From IMG/VR virus record IMGVR_UViG_3300035192_000069: a stretch of 52,079 nucleotides of DNA. One strand, 5' to 3'. A program made the translations under genes and the position numbers. This document shows positions 16,226 through 25,344 of this stretch, in pieces. Within the stretch, counting starts at the first letter, position 1. Every line of letters begins with the position of its first letter. Source of the DNA: a virus. The notes under the pieces are model-generated. The model did not search any database. It was not told the origin of the DNA and saw only the letters and a program-made list of their open reading frames with translations.

Positions 16226-16910
16226 AGAGGCAATAGATAGAATTTTGGAGCTACAGCGACCACCTACGTTTGAAGACTGTGAGGGCGTAGAGCGTCGAAC
16301 TTCAATAAACGAAGTGCTGCGTCCAACACAAATCGCACCCACGGAAGGCTTTACGCTCGATGGAGTAATTGAATTAGCCCTCAAAGGCTGCCATATTCAG
16401 TGCTCTATAAATCATGTCGTGGTATTCACTCATGAAACGTACAACAATAGGCTGTTCCGGCATGACATTCATTTCGCAAAGCCGATCTTGCCCGATAATT
16501 TCCGGTTCGGGTCTCCAATGGATGTCGAAAGCTTTATAATCCACACCGCAGATTTTTTCATTCGTAACGACAACTACAAGCAAATGATCGCCGCAGTCTC
16601 TTGCATTACCGACGTGCAAGAGCAGGTCATCGATGACGACGGCATGTCCCAAACCGTCACATATAAGTCCAGGGTAGGCCGCAAGGGCGAGGGGAAGATA
16701 GAGCCATTCGTGACGCTAAGAGCTTACCGGACATTCCGGGAAGTGGAGCAGCCCGAGGCGACCTATCTTCTCCGTATCGGCAAAGGCCGAGAAGGACCGA
16801 CAATAACGCTCCACGAGGCCTCCGGGTACGACTGGAAGATCAAGTGCACCGATGCGGTTTACAAATACATCAGGGAGCGCGTGGGCGACGACGTGACGGT
16901 TATCAGGTGA
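16218..16910 (+). CDS. Hypothetical protein (YfdQ/DUF2303-like pattern)
   Basis: 230 aa; the C-terminal pattern PFVTLRAYRTF...YLLRIGKG...ITLHEASGYDW recalls DUF2303. Confidence 0.45.
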   Translation: MIKEAIDRILELQRPPTFEDCEGVERRTSINEVLRPTQIAPTEGFTLDGVIELALKGCHIQCSINHVVVFTHETYNNRLFRHDIHFAKPILPDNFRFGSPMDVESFIIHTADFFIRNDNYKQMIAAVSCITDVQEQVIDDDGMSQTVTYKSRVGRKGEGKIEPFVTLRAYRTFREVEQPEATYLLRIGKGREGPTITLHEASGYDWKIKCTDAVYKYIRERVGDDVTVIR

Positions 16911-16914
16911 TGCC

Positions 16915-17139
16915 ATGCAGCAAGTCGAGGGATACATAGCTGAGATAAGGAGCGAGGTTAGGGAATGCCTCGGATGCGGAAACCTCGTCGTTGGCGGATC
17001 GAGCTGGTGCATGAATTGTGTCAGGGCGGTTGAAGGACCACGAAAGATATTCGGCATAACGGCTGTAGGCTGGGCGGTCATCTTTGTTGCGGATTTGATC
17101 TGCGCTGCTGCTGCCGCAGCAATCGCCCTGCTTGCATAG
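16915..17139 (+). CDS. Small zinc-ribbon protein with a C-terminal TM helix
   Basis: CLGCG...CMNC followed by ITAVGWAVIFVADLICAAAAAAIALLA. Confidence 0.5.
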   Translation: MQQVEGYIAEIRSEVRECLGCGNLVVGGSSWCMNCVRAVEGPRKIFGITAVGWAVIFVADLICAAAAAAIALLA

Positions 17140-17160
17140 AACTATAAGGAGTCTTGAAAA

Positions 17161-17409
17161 ATGGATTGGAGAACAGCGTTCCGAGAAGAAGATGGACGAA
17201 ATGAAGTCCGAGAAATTTCAGAGCACAAATATCAAAGATGTTCAGAAACAACAGATCATCCAGTTTATGGAAAAATTCGATGTGAATTACCAGATGGCCA
17301 TGTCGGCCCTCATGCAATATCGAAGCGAATGTTTTTAATTGATACGGAAAAGCCTTTAGAAAAATTCGGACCCAATTATTGCCTAGCAAAATGGGGACAG
17401 CGCCGATAA
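17161..17409 (+). CDS. Hypothetical Cys/His-containing protein
   Basis: AAGGAG SD 9 nt upstream. It overlaps the alternative ORF 17132..17338. Confidence 0.45.
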   Translation: MDWRTAFREEDGRNEVREISEHKYQRCSETTDHPVYGKIRCELPDGHVGPHAISKRMFLIDTEKPLEKFGPNYCLAKWGQRR

Positions 17410-17439
17410 CTTCTGAACATTATCGGTGGAGGAGGAATC

Positions 17440-17625
17440 GTGAAAGACAGAAGCTTGATCATGGGTGAACGATGGGCGATACAGCAACATTTAAAAGACA
17501 AAGCAAAGCGGTATCGAGAGAAAACTTCACAAGGAACATCCTCTGATAGAGAATTCTATTTAGAGATTGCAACATTGCTTGAGACCATTTGTACAGAAAT
17601 CGGAAACGCCGAACATTGGCGATAA
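17440..17625 (+). CDS. Hypothetical protein
   Basis: GTG start after GGAGGAGG. Confidence 0.45.
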   Translation: MKDRSLIMGERWAIQQHLKDKAKRYREKTSQGTSSDREFYLEIATLLETICTEIGNAEHWR

Positions 17626-17628
17626 TCG

Positions 17629-17850
17629 ATGATCGATAGACACAAATTCTACGAACGGATCGCAATCTGCCTCGAGAGTCACATGTCACAACGGGACTCC
17701 GAGGCGATTGCGGCCCGTGAGTTTTTCGCATCGTGCAATCTGCCGACCATAGAGGACAAGGCCGATGCTGACCGTCTTGGGTGGTCGAAGTTGAAGATAT
17801 TTCGCACGATGAATCAGGAAGGACTAAAAGAATGGAATCCAAGTATATGA
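17629..17850 (+). CDS. Hypothetical protein
   Basis: 73-aa ORF. Confidence 0.45.
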   Translation: MIDRHKFYERIAICLESHMSQRDSEAIAAREFFASCNLPTIEDKADADRLGWSKLKIFRTMNQEGLKEWNPSI

Positions 17851-18041
17851 TATGGCGCAGAGGAACCAAACAGATTTCGTATGAGCACCCAACGATAGAT
17901 TCAGCGAAATCTGAGGCCGAAAAGATTGCCAGGCTCTCTTCAGGACAAGAGGTTTATGTTCTCAAACAAGTTGCCGTTGTCAAGCTCAACGACGTCCAAT
18001 GGGAAAAGCTCGACACGGAAGACCCGGATATTCCGTTTTGA
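17832..18041 (+). CDS. Hypothetical protein
   Basis: Start MESKYMIW follows GGAAGGA. Confidence 0.45.
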   Translation: MESKYMIWRRGTKQISYEHPTIDSAKSEAEKIARLSSGQEVYVLKQVAVVKLNDVQWEKLDTEDPDIPF

Positions 18042-18054
18042 ACTAGGAAGGACT

Positions 18055-18402
18055 ATGGCAATGACTATAGATCACGAATACACAGACGAAATAGTATGCC
18101 CGTATTGCGGCGCTGAGTTCTCTGACTCATGGGAGTTTGGAGACCATGACTTCCCTGAATGCGATTGCGGCAAAAAGTTCATATCCAGAAGGGATATCGA
18201 TGCAACCTACCTCACGGAAAAATGCCCATGTCTGAACGGAGAAGCACCGCACGTCTGGCATAGTCTGGCATTCGAAATGCCTGGGAAAACCGTTTTTGAG
18301 CACCGTTATATGTGTCGAGAATGCACCACCGAAAGAGAATTCCCAGGTGAAACCAGAATTGAATTTGAGGCGTTCGATGAACGCACGGCAGGTGACCAAT
18401 GA
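18055..18402 (+). CDS. Zinc-finger protein
   Basis: Start MAMTIDHEY follows AGGAAGGA. Several CxxC-type pairs are present (CPYCG, CDCG, CPC, CRECT). Confidence 0.5.
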   Translation: MAMTIDHEYTDEIVCPYCGAEFSDSWEFGDHDFPECDCGKKFISRRDIDATYLTEKCPCLNGEAPHVWHSLAFEMPGKTVFEHRYMCRECTTEREFPGETRIEFEAFDERTAGDQ

Positions 18403-18518
18403 TGACCTTCCTATGGACACTGCTTGGACTCTTCATTGTGCTGTTGGTTATCGCGGACCGACGACGAAAGAAAGCCTACCGTGATTACAAGGAGATACAT
18501 CCCGATGAAAACCCGTAA
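18399..18518 (+). CDS. 39-aa single-pass membrane protein (absent from the ORF track)
   Basis: MMTFLWTLLGLFIVLLVIADRRRKKAYRDYKEIHPDENP, with an ATGA overlap. Confidence 0.4.
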   Translation: MMTFLWTLLGLFIVLLVIADRRRKKAYRDYKEIHPDENP

Positions 18519-19392
18519 ACAATGGCTGAAAGAACGGAAACGCTTTATCACTGCATCAGATGTCGCCGCAGTACTCGGTGTACTGACCGCATTCAAAAAC
18601 ATCCTAGACGTCTACATGGACAAAACAACCGAGGACGTCAAGGAGAGCGACAGCCCGATTCTGAGATACGGTCACTACATGGAGCCCTTCACGGCCGAGC
18701 TCTACGCCGAGCAGACAGGCCGTGAGGTGCGCGACCCGGGGGCAACGGAGATCGCCGTCCACCCAGACATCCCTTGGCTTGGGGCCACACTGGACCGAGA
18801 GACACTTGTGGATGGTCGCTGGATACCGCTGGAGATAAAGCAGGTTAATGACCCACGCTACATCTTCAAGGCCGCAGAGTGGGCAGAGGAGCCACCCGAG
18901 CAATACTGGATACAGTGTCAGACACAAGCGGCCTGTAAACAAATGGACTTGTGCGCCATTACCGGTCAGTTCCCTGGGTGCGTGCTCGCCAATGCTGACA
19001 TGGGGTTCGACGAGGAGTTTTTTGAGCTGGCGTATCCAGTGCTCGATGAGTTCTGGAATCACAACGTCAAGAAGAGGATCCCGCCCGAGGTGCCCGACCA
19101 TCCGAAAGCGCTGGATTCCCTGAAGCGTCTCTATCCAAAAGAGAACGGGTGGACTGTCACTCTCAATAATGATGCGCTCCAGTTGGCCAACGATATGCGC
19201 GCCCTCAGAGCGGAAGCGCGCGAGAACGACAAAGAGGCAAAGCGGATCGAGGCGATACTAAGAGGGCAGATGGGAGCGGCTTCTTATGGCTCTTTGAAAG
19301 ACGGAACAGTCCTTCAGATTACCACAGTCAATCGGAAGGGTTACACCGTTGAGCCCAAAAGTTTCCGTCAGATGACACGAAAGAGAATCTGA
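18505..19392 (+). CDS. YqaJ-type viral recombinase exonuclease
   Basis: Starts MKTRKQWLKERKRFITASDVAAVLG, with a GGAG SD. Confidence 0.8.
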   Translation: MKTRKQWLKERKRFITASDVAAVLGVLTAFKNILDVYMDKTTEDVKESDSPILRYGHYMEPFTAELYAEQTGREVRDPGATEIAVHPDIPWLGATLDRETLVDGRWIPLEIKQVNDPRYIFKAAEWAEEPPEQYWIQCQTQAACKQMDLCAITGQFPGCVLANADMGFDEEFFELAYPVLDEFWNHNVKKRIPPEVPDHPKALDSLKRLYPKENGWTVTLNNDALQLANDMRALRAEARENDKEAKRIEAILRGQMGAASYGSLKDGTVLQITTVNRKGYTVEPKSFRQMTRKRI

Positions 19393-19393
19393 G

Positions 19394-19636
19394 ATGAAAT
19401 TCAAGATAGATGATGAAGGTTATTTGAAGATTCAAAGAGGCAAGTTTATGTGTCGAGTTGAGTGCCCAATTGATGGATCTAAAACACAATGCGGTTCATG
19501 GTGTGCGCTTTTTGGTGAGCCAGAAGTCAAACCAGAAATGGGCACACTGGGAGGAAAAGCTAGGTTCTCCGTTGAGCTCAAATTATGCCAAAAAACGCTG
19601 GTCACAAACGTCGATTACTTCGAGGACGAACGATGA
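19394..19636 (+). CDS. Small Cys-rich protein
   Basis: 80 aa; CRVECP...CGSWC. Confidence 0.45.
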   Translation: MKFKIDDEGYLKIQRGKFMCRVECPIDGSKTQCGSWCALFGEPEVKPEMGTLGGKARFSVELKLCQKTLVTNVDYFEDER

Positions 19637-20316
19637 AAACAACATACATCACATTCAAACGGGAGATGGCGCGCGCCTATGCCAAGGGTAGGAAGCGGAT
19701 GACACGAAGAGTCCTAAAGGTTCGGAAGCAAGGTGGAAAGATGGGACATCCTGAGCCTCCATGGCAAGTCGAAGAGGATGGAAAGCTATACTATCAGGAC
19801 GAATACGGTGATTATCATCCAGCCGATGATTTCTGTCCCTACGGTCAACCCGGTGACCAACTCATACTCGGGACGACCTGGGCTGTTCCAAGGGAATTTG
19901 ATCACTTAAAGCCAAGTGAGTTGCCATTTTCAGTCAATGGTCTTCTAAATGGTGTTATGCCCATCCCTATATGGTCGTACTTCGAGTCGTACTTCGATTC
20001 GGACGAGAAGCCGGATTGGTTCGGAAAGCTGAGACCAGGTCGATTTCTTCCAAGCAAATTCCGAAATCGGATGCCGCGCGAGACGTTGAAGATCGTACGC
20101 GCTGAACGGGTGCAGGACATCACGAATGAAGAGGCGATTCTGGAGGGGATCTTTGAAACACCAAGGGATCCCGGGTTTAATTGCTGGTCAACTCACGGCA
20201 TGCTAGACTTATACCCAACGCCACGAGATGCATTCAAGGCGCTTTGGGAGTCGATTAATGCAGGCAGAGGTTACTCATGGGATTCGAATCCGTGGGTTTG
20301 GGTTTTGGGGTGGTGA
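19633..20316 (+). CDS. ASCH/PUA-like domain protein (conserved phage family)
   Basis: The N-terminus is ITFKREMARAYAKGRKRMTRRV. Further motifs are CPYGQPGDQL, LKIVRAERVQDITNEEAILEG and NPWVWVLGW. Confidence 0.6.
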   Translation: MKTTYITFKREMARAYAKGRKRMTRRVLKVRKQGGKMGHPEPPWQVEEDGKLYYQDEYGDYHPADDFCPYGQPGDQLILGTTWAVPREFDHLKPSELPFSVNGLLNGVMPIPIWSYFESYFDSDEKPDWFGKLRPGRFLPSKFRNRMPRETLKIVRAERVQDITNEEAILEGIFETPRDPGFNCWSTHGMLDLYPTPRDAFKALWESINAGRGYSWDSNPWVWVLGW

Positions 20317-20317
20317 G

Positions 20318-20698
20318 ATGAGCAACAAAATAAAACTACGTTATGGCAGTAGCCAAGAAAATGGATACGATGAATTCGAGTTTGAGTCTCATCTATTTGA
20401 TGACGCTGATTCGGCTGCTGAGGCATTGATGCAGTATCTGTGGGACAACTGTGATGGTTGGGAGTGGATGCCAGATACGAACGAAACAATATGGTTTGAG
20501 TACGGCGGAGAGGAATATCTTTTTACGCCATTGGTTGAATATGATCCGGTGTTTTCGTGCAGGTATGGACTGCATAAAGCAAAGGATGGACTGCATAAAG
20601 CGAGAAGAGATGATGCCGAGAAAGTAGCGGAATTTAAAAAGCTCCTTGATAAGACTACACATGTGACAGCCGAAGATCTGCACACACCGTTAAAGTGA
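20318..20698 (+). CDS. Hypothetical protein
   Basis: 126 aa; contains a 21-bp tandem duplication (GLHKAKDGLHKAR). Confidence 0.45.
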   Translation: MSNKIKLRYGSSQENGYDEFEFESHLFDDADSAAEALMQYLWDNCDGWEWMPDTNETIWFEYGGEEYLFTPLVEYDPVFSCRYGLHKAKDGLHKARRDDAEKVAEFKKLLDKTTHVTAEDLHTPLK

Positions 20699-20703
20699 GG
20701 AAA

Positions 20704-20907
20704 ATGAAAACCGTGAAAATAACGATTGAGGTAGAGGTGCCGGATGATGCAACACAGGCAGCTGTAGACGACATTGGTCAACCGTGGTCATTTAGTGGTA
20801 ATGCAGAAATTTTTGATTGCGACAGTTTCGGTCAAATTTGGACCGGAAAAAACTGCACCCAATGTCGTGTAATCAACTGGCGCGAAACACTCACGAAGGT
20901 GAAGTGA
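20704..20907 (+). CDS. Hypothetical protein
   Basis: 67 aa with a GAGGA SD. Confidence 0.45.
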   Translation: MKTVKITIEVEVPDDATQAAVDDIGQPWSFSGNAEIFDCDSFGQIWTGKNCTQCRVINWRETLTKVK

Positions 20908-21419
20908 TGAGCATACCGGATCCAATTGAGATAATGAAACAAAGACAAGAAGAATCTATAGATAGAATTGTGATCATAGATGGAATTGAATACTACCCAT
21001 GCGATGATTGCGGGAAAGCGACGCCACTCGATGACATCGTATGCATGGACCCATTAGGTGTATCAGGCGGCATCTGTGGAGATTGCTTGGATAGATGGGT
21101 AGCAGAAAGGGAAAAAAAAATGAGACCGGATAGGCCAGGGCATTGGTGGTACAAAACATCATATGGGCCGGAAAAGATAGCTTATATTGCGAGCGGGTTT
21201 TCTTTCGAACTGTGTGTCATTGATAACCAGCATCCCGTTTGTATTTCTGTATTCGAATGTTCGTCAGAGTTCGGAGAATGGCTCGCCCAGGCACATCCAC
21301 CGAAGAAGATTGGGAACAGAGTCAATGAGGCCAGAGTGCTAAATACGGATGATGGACTGGTCATTCCCTATGAAGACGTAAAAGAGTTCCTGCTAAATGG
21401 AGATTATAATGAAGAATAG
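20907..21419 (+). CDS. Hypothetical protein; its C-terminal half is paralogous to the next gene
   Basis: RPDRPGHWWY...AHPPKK...YEDVKEFLLNGD. Confidence 0.5.
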   Translation: MSIPDPIEIMKQRQEESIDRIVIIDGIEYYPCDDCGKATPLDDIVCMDPLGVSGGICGDCLDRWVAEREKKMRPDRPGHWWYKTSYGPEKIAYIASGFSFELCVIDNQHPVCISVFECSSEFGEWLAQAHPPKKIGNRVNEARVLNTDDGLVIPYEDVKEFLLNGDYNEE

Positions 21420-21738
21420 ACCAGATAAACCAGGATGCTACTGGTGGGAAGATGACTGCGGACGCTATCACGTTGCAGAGTTTGACGAGGAAATGGAGAC
21501 CCTTGATTCTTGCGATACTGGTTTTGTTAGTCCAGAAAAGTTTGAAAACTCGGCCTGTTTTATTCGATGGGTAGGCCCGGCGCACCCTCCAAAGAAGGTT
21601 GATCGTTACAACTCTGAAACCGAGTATGGTTGTTTCGGAGCGACCCAGAATAACGAGATGGTGATACGTCAAAATGGAACATGGATACGTTATAAAGACG
21701 TCAAAGAGTACCTGCTGAAGGGTGATGAAAATGGCTGA
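21409..21738 (+). CDS. Hypothetical protein, paralog of the C-terminal half of 20907..21419
   Basis: RPDKPGCYWW...AHPPKK...YKDVKEYLLKGD, with GGAG 6 nt upstream. Confidence 0.5.
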   Translation: MKNRPDKPGCYWWEDDCGRYHVAEFDEEMETLDSCDTGFVSPEKFENSACFIRWVGPAHPPKKVDRYNSETEYGCFGATQNNEMVIRQNGTWIRYKDVKEYLLKGDENG

Positions 21739-22711
21739 CAAATCGAAGATAGAATGGTGTGATGCGACCTGGAACGTAGCGTATGGATGCTCAAAGGTAT
21801 CTGCGGGCTGTAAGAACTGTTACGCCCATAGGATGATTTCGACGCGGTTCCCGCATTTGACTGGTTGTAAAACCAAGCTCGACATATACGGTGAAGAATT
21901 AGAAATAGAAAGCACAGTCGGATGGGACAACCGCGCCCACTTCAAACCGGAGCGATTGGAGATCCCGTTTCATTGGAGAAAACCGCGGCGGATCTTCGTA
22001 TGCTCAATGTCCGACCTGTTTCACGAATCGCTCACAGACGAGCAGATAGCCGCTGTGTTCGGGGTGATGGCCGCTACTCCGCAGCATCAGTACGTGATTT
22101 TGACGAAGCGGCTTGACCGGGCTGTGGAGTGGTTTGGGTGGGCATCAGCGGAGTCAAAAAAACACCGCATGCCAGAAAACATATGGACACAGCAATTGAC
22201 TAAGCTTGACGTAGGCCCTCGTATAAAAAGAACGCTCGCCACAGAGAGCGAGGGGAGCGGTGGATATCTAGAAAAATTATACCCTTGGCCCCTCTCAAAT
22301 GTCATCATGTGCGCCAGCGCGGAGAACCAGCCAACAGTCGATGCGCGGGTACCACTGCTATTTCGGATTCCCGCGAAATGGCGCGGGGTGAGCGTTGAGC
22401 CGATGCTGGAGAGGGTTGATTTTAGACATATTGACGCCGAAATCAAGAGCCCGCTTTCTGGCCTATTCTGGATCAATGCTCTCACTGGCAAGCACACCGA
22501 TATGGGCCGTCCGTGCGAGACTATTCGCCCGCTAGATCTTGTCATCTGCGGCGCCGAGACCGGGCCTGGCAAACGGCCGTTCAAAGACGAGTGGGCACTG
22601 GACTTGAGAGACCAGTGTCGAGATGCAGGCACTCCCTTCTTCTTTAAAAAAGACGGTGCAGGAAAACCTACCCTTTGCGGCGTCGAGTACCACGAGTGGC
22701 CGGAGGATTGA
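21731..22711 (+). CDS. Phage Gp37/Gp68 family (DUF5131-like) protein
   Basis: The N-terminus is KIEWCDATWNVAYGCSKVSAGCKNCYA. The C-terminus is ICGAETGPGKRP...FFFK. Confidence 0.7.
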   Translation: MADKSKIEWCDATWNVAYGCSKVSAGCKNCYAHRMISTRFPHLTGCKTKLDIYGEELEIESTVGWDNRAHFKPERLEIPFHWRKPRRIFVCSMSDLFHESLTDEQIAAVFGVMAATPQHQYVILTKRLDRAVEWFGWASAESKKHRMPENIWTQQLTKLDVGPRIKRTLATESEGSGGYLEKLYPWPLSNVIMCASAENQPTVDARVPLLFRIPAKWRGVSVEPMLERVDFRHIDAEIKSPLSGLFWINALTGKHTDMGRPCETIRPLDLVICGAETGPGKRPFKDEWALDLRDQCRDAGTPFFFKKDGAGKPTLCGVEYHEWPED

Positions 22712-22712
22712 G

Positions 22713-22916
22713 ATGAAAATAGGAGACATGGTCTGCGTCACAGTGCCGTGGCCATCCGGGCCGAAGAGCGACATTGCAAAGATAACGCGCATTGACGATG
22801 ACAGCGTGCAGATGTCGGTGAACCTCGGGGATGGATGGAAGATCGCGATAACGGCGCCGCGGCACCAGGTCGTGACGTCACTGTGGACCGACATGCTCCA
22901 CCTAGAGCAGGAGTGA
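22713..22916 (+). CDS. Hypothetical protein
   Basis: 67 aa with a GGAGGA SD. Confidence 0.5.
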   Translation: MKIGDMVCVTVPWPSGPKSDIAKITRIDDDSVQMSVNLGDGWKIAITAPRHQVVTSLWTDMLHLEQE

Positions 22917-23094
22917 TAGGTGACAATAACAAATAGGCCGAACCCCTATTTGCCCAATGGTGGGTTGCTCTTTATGCCGCGCCGCGAAACAACATGCAGC
23001 AAACCATGAGTTTGATGCCAGCAAAAAGCGACGATATCGTTTGTTCGATTTTAATCAGCGGCGCGGCATTTTTTTAAACGAAAGGAAAATCATC

Positions 23095-23349
23095 ATGAAC
23101 AATCCTGTATCAAAAAATCATAGACACTTGCTTGAGCACACCCTTGGTGGACCAGACCCCGCAAAATGGTACCGAAATTATTTCGTGGCCGGCGACGGAC
23201 ACACTGATTTGCCAGCACTGAGAGAGATGGAAGACCTCGGGTTTATGAAAGAGGTTCCCGCTCCTACTTTTTGTCCGGACAGTATCGTCTTTATGGTTAC
23301 CGATAAGGGTAAAGAAGAGTTGAGAAAGGAACCATCGAGTAAGCCCTAA
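23095..23349 (+). CDS. Hypothetical protein
   Basis: 84 aa with an AAAGGAAAA SD. It lies downstream of a structured region ending in a U-tract. Confidence 0.45.
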   Translation: MNNPVSKNHRHLLEHTLGGPDPAKWYRNYFVAGDGHTDLPALREMEDLGFMKEVPAPTFCPDSIVFMVTDKGKEELRKEPSSKP

Positions 23350-23356
23350 ACCACAC

Positions 23357-24820
23357 CTATCTCATCCCGGGATTGGTGATACGGCAGAGAAAACCGCTCC
23401 GTGAAACAAACCACATATCCATGCCGTCAAAGAGCAATCGGCCTGGTTCGTCTCCTGTGACGATGCCTGTCGGTATATTGGTCAACACCATGCTGGCCGT
23501 ATAATCCTGTTGCGATGTCGACGTGTTTGATTTCATAAATTGTGTCAACGGAATTTTTGCAAACGCAAGTCTTGCCTCATCATACACCTCACTCTGTTGG
23601 TGCAGTTGCAACCACAAATTGTATCCATCACATCCAGATACGATATTGTAGTCTTGGACATCAGAATACCATTCATGATTATCGATTGTTATACAATACT
23701 TTATATCATCCTCAGATTTTACTAGAAGATGAAAAGATCCAGTTGGACCAGCACACACCACGGTTCCATATGACCCGCCGAAATTGCAAATCGCCTTGGG
23801 AAGATAGTTATAAAAAGCAGAAAGAGCGGAATATATAACGCCGCCAGTGTAATCACTTACCGTTGGATCTACTATTTTTGCCGAACAAAGATGAACATCA
23901 TGATTTGTTCCATTGATGACTCGTGACAACCAATAGACATGGCTTCCATCGGAAACGATCCTACCATTAGATGAAGAAACAGGCGATGAAGCACCATTTC
24001 CGCTCCCTTTTGCCGCGGATCCGGTACCTGCACGGGGTACAATAGCGACGCCGCATTTGCCTGAGATATTGTCGCTCGATACAGCCAGATGCAAAGAGCT
24101 TGCAATGATAATCTTGGAGTATTCCTCGTCCGTCGAGTAATCCATGTTAAGATTATAATTCCACTGGGGCACATATCCACTGGAGCTCTGGGTGTAGAAA
24201 CTTGTCACCCAATAGGTATTGCTTGTCGCCCTCCAGAGGACATAAAGACTCTCTCCGTCACAACAGATACTCCTTACGCTCTCCATTGTTCCGGCAGAGA
24301 ATTCTAAATCTAACGCTGATCCTACACCTGGGAAATTATCGTACCTAAATGGACCTATAATTGGCAATATACTATCTGAATCCGTAAGCACATACAGGAT
24401 GGGTAGCTGTGTTGTGCGACTGACACCGACACATGAATCTCGAATTACCACTCCAGGTATAACCGCAGTCAGATCCAGGAAATTGGGATACACATCTGGC
24501 CTGGAAATGGATGTATAGGACTTAAATAATCCTTCACAGACATCTTGCATCGACCACATGGGGGGCTTGGTATTTCTGTTGAGTTGATATTGGAGCGCCT
24601 GCAGGTATTGGCTCGAAAGTGCTGTATCATCGCTACCCAACCAGCTCATGCCGGCATCCGCCATGAGCTTCTGGAAAAAACCGTCTTTGTCTCTGGCCCA
24701 ATCGTGCTGGAGTGGAGTGCCAGGTTGACCACCGCTCTTATCTTTGAATGTTCCACCCGGGTAATCGGCGCTTGGCGTTGTCGCCTGCGAACCGTAAGCC
24801 TGCGTTAATGACTTTGCCAT
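23357..24820 (-). CDS. Distal tail fibre / receptor-binding protein candidate
   Basis: The N-terminal motif YPGGTFKDKSGGQPGTPLQHDWARDKDGFFQKLMADAG...SQYLQAL is typical of fibre proteins. It is the last gene of the late operon and is visibly AT-richer. Confidence 0.5.
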   Translation of the reverse strand: MAKSLTQAYGSQATTPSADYPGGTFKDKSGGQPGTPLQHDWARDKDGFFQKLMADAGMSWLGSDDTALSSQYLQALQYQLNRNTKPPMWSMQDVCEGLFKSYTSISRPDVYPNFLDLTAVIPGVVIRDSCVGVSRTTQLPILYVLTDSDSILPIIGPFRYDNFPGVGSALDLEFSAGTMESVRSICCDGESLYVLWRATSNTYWVTSFYTQSSSGYVPQWNYNLNMDYSTDEEYSKIIIASSLHLAVSSDNISGKCGVAIVPRAGTGSAAKGSGNGASSPVSSSNGRIVSDGSHVYWLSRVINGTNHDVHLCSAKIVDPTVSDYTGGVIYSALSAFYNYLPKAICNFGGSYGTVVCAGPTGSFHLLVKSEDDIKYCITIDNHEWYSDVQDYNIVSGCDGYNLWLQLHQQSEVYDEARLAFAKIPLTQFMKSNTSTSQQDYTASMVLTNIPTGIVTGDEPGRLLFDGMDMWFVSRSGFLCRITNPGMR

Positions 24821-24824
24821 ATCT

Positions 24825-25067
24825 CTACCTCATATGAGCAGCAATCGCCGAAGCAGCTGCTACGATAGGACCAATGATGGAGATCCATGTCCCGATGTTC
24901 CAACGTCGACGCTGTTCGTGCCGGAGCTGGCACGCCTCGAGCTTTTCATCGACCCTTGTGTTGACGCTGTGCTCGAGGCTGTGTATGGCCTCGGTGAACT
25001 TGAGATCCAGCGTCGTCATGGCGAGCTCGACGATCAGTTCAATCTCTCTGCGTCGTTCGTCGGTCAT
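24825..25067 (-). CDS. Small tail-anchored membrane protein
   Basis: Helical N-terminus; C-terminal TM segment WISIIGPIVAAASAIAAH. Confidence 0.45.
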   Translation of the reverse strand: MTDERRREIELIVELAMTTLDLKFTEAIHSLEHSVNTRVDEKLEACQLRHEQRRRWNIGTWISIIGPIVAAASAIAAHMR

Positions 25068-25071
25068 TGGT

Positions 25072-25344
25072 TTATCCAGTTTTCTCGTCGTCGACGGCCG
25101 CGTCAGACTCCGCGATCAGCTCTTCCAGGATCTTGATGGCGCCACTGATATACAGGATCTGCTGGTCGGCGCTTCGGAGTTGCTGATCTAGGGTAGCCCG
25201 CTGTTGCCGGCCCTTATCGAGCTCGCCCTGAAGCTTTTTCAGTTCGCCTTTCAACAACGACACCTTGATGACTCGCCTGTTATCGACCACACCCTTCTTC
25301 AGCTCATTGATAGCCGCTGCTCTTTGTTCTGTTGCCTTTGCCAT
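25072..25344 (-). CDS. Coiled-coil protein
   Basis: 90 aa with a heptad-like charged sequence. Confidence 0.45.
   Translation of the reverse strand: MAKATEQRAAAINELKKGVVDNRRVIKVSLLKGELKKLQGELDKGRQQRATLDQQLRSADQQILYISGAIKILEELIAESDAAVDDEKTG

Noticed and set aside
17132-17338. Alternative 68-aa ORF overlapping 17161-17409
   Set aside because: Its sequence looks plausibly helical, but it starts at TTG with no SD. The overlapping frame has AAGGAG at ideal spacing. I kept the latter; this remains uncertain.
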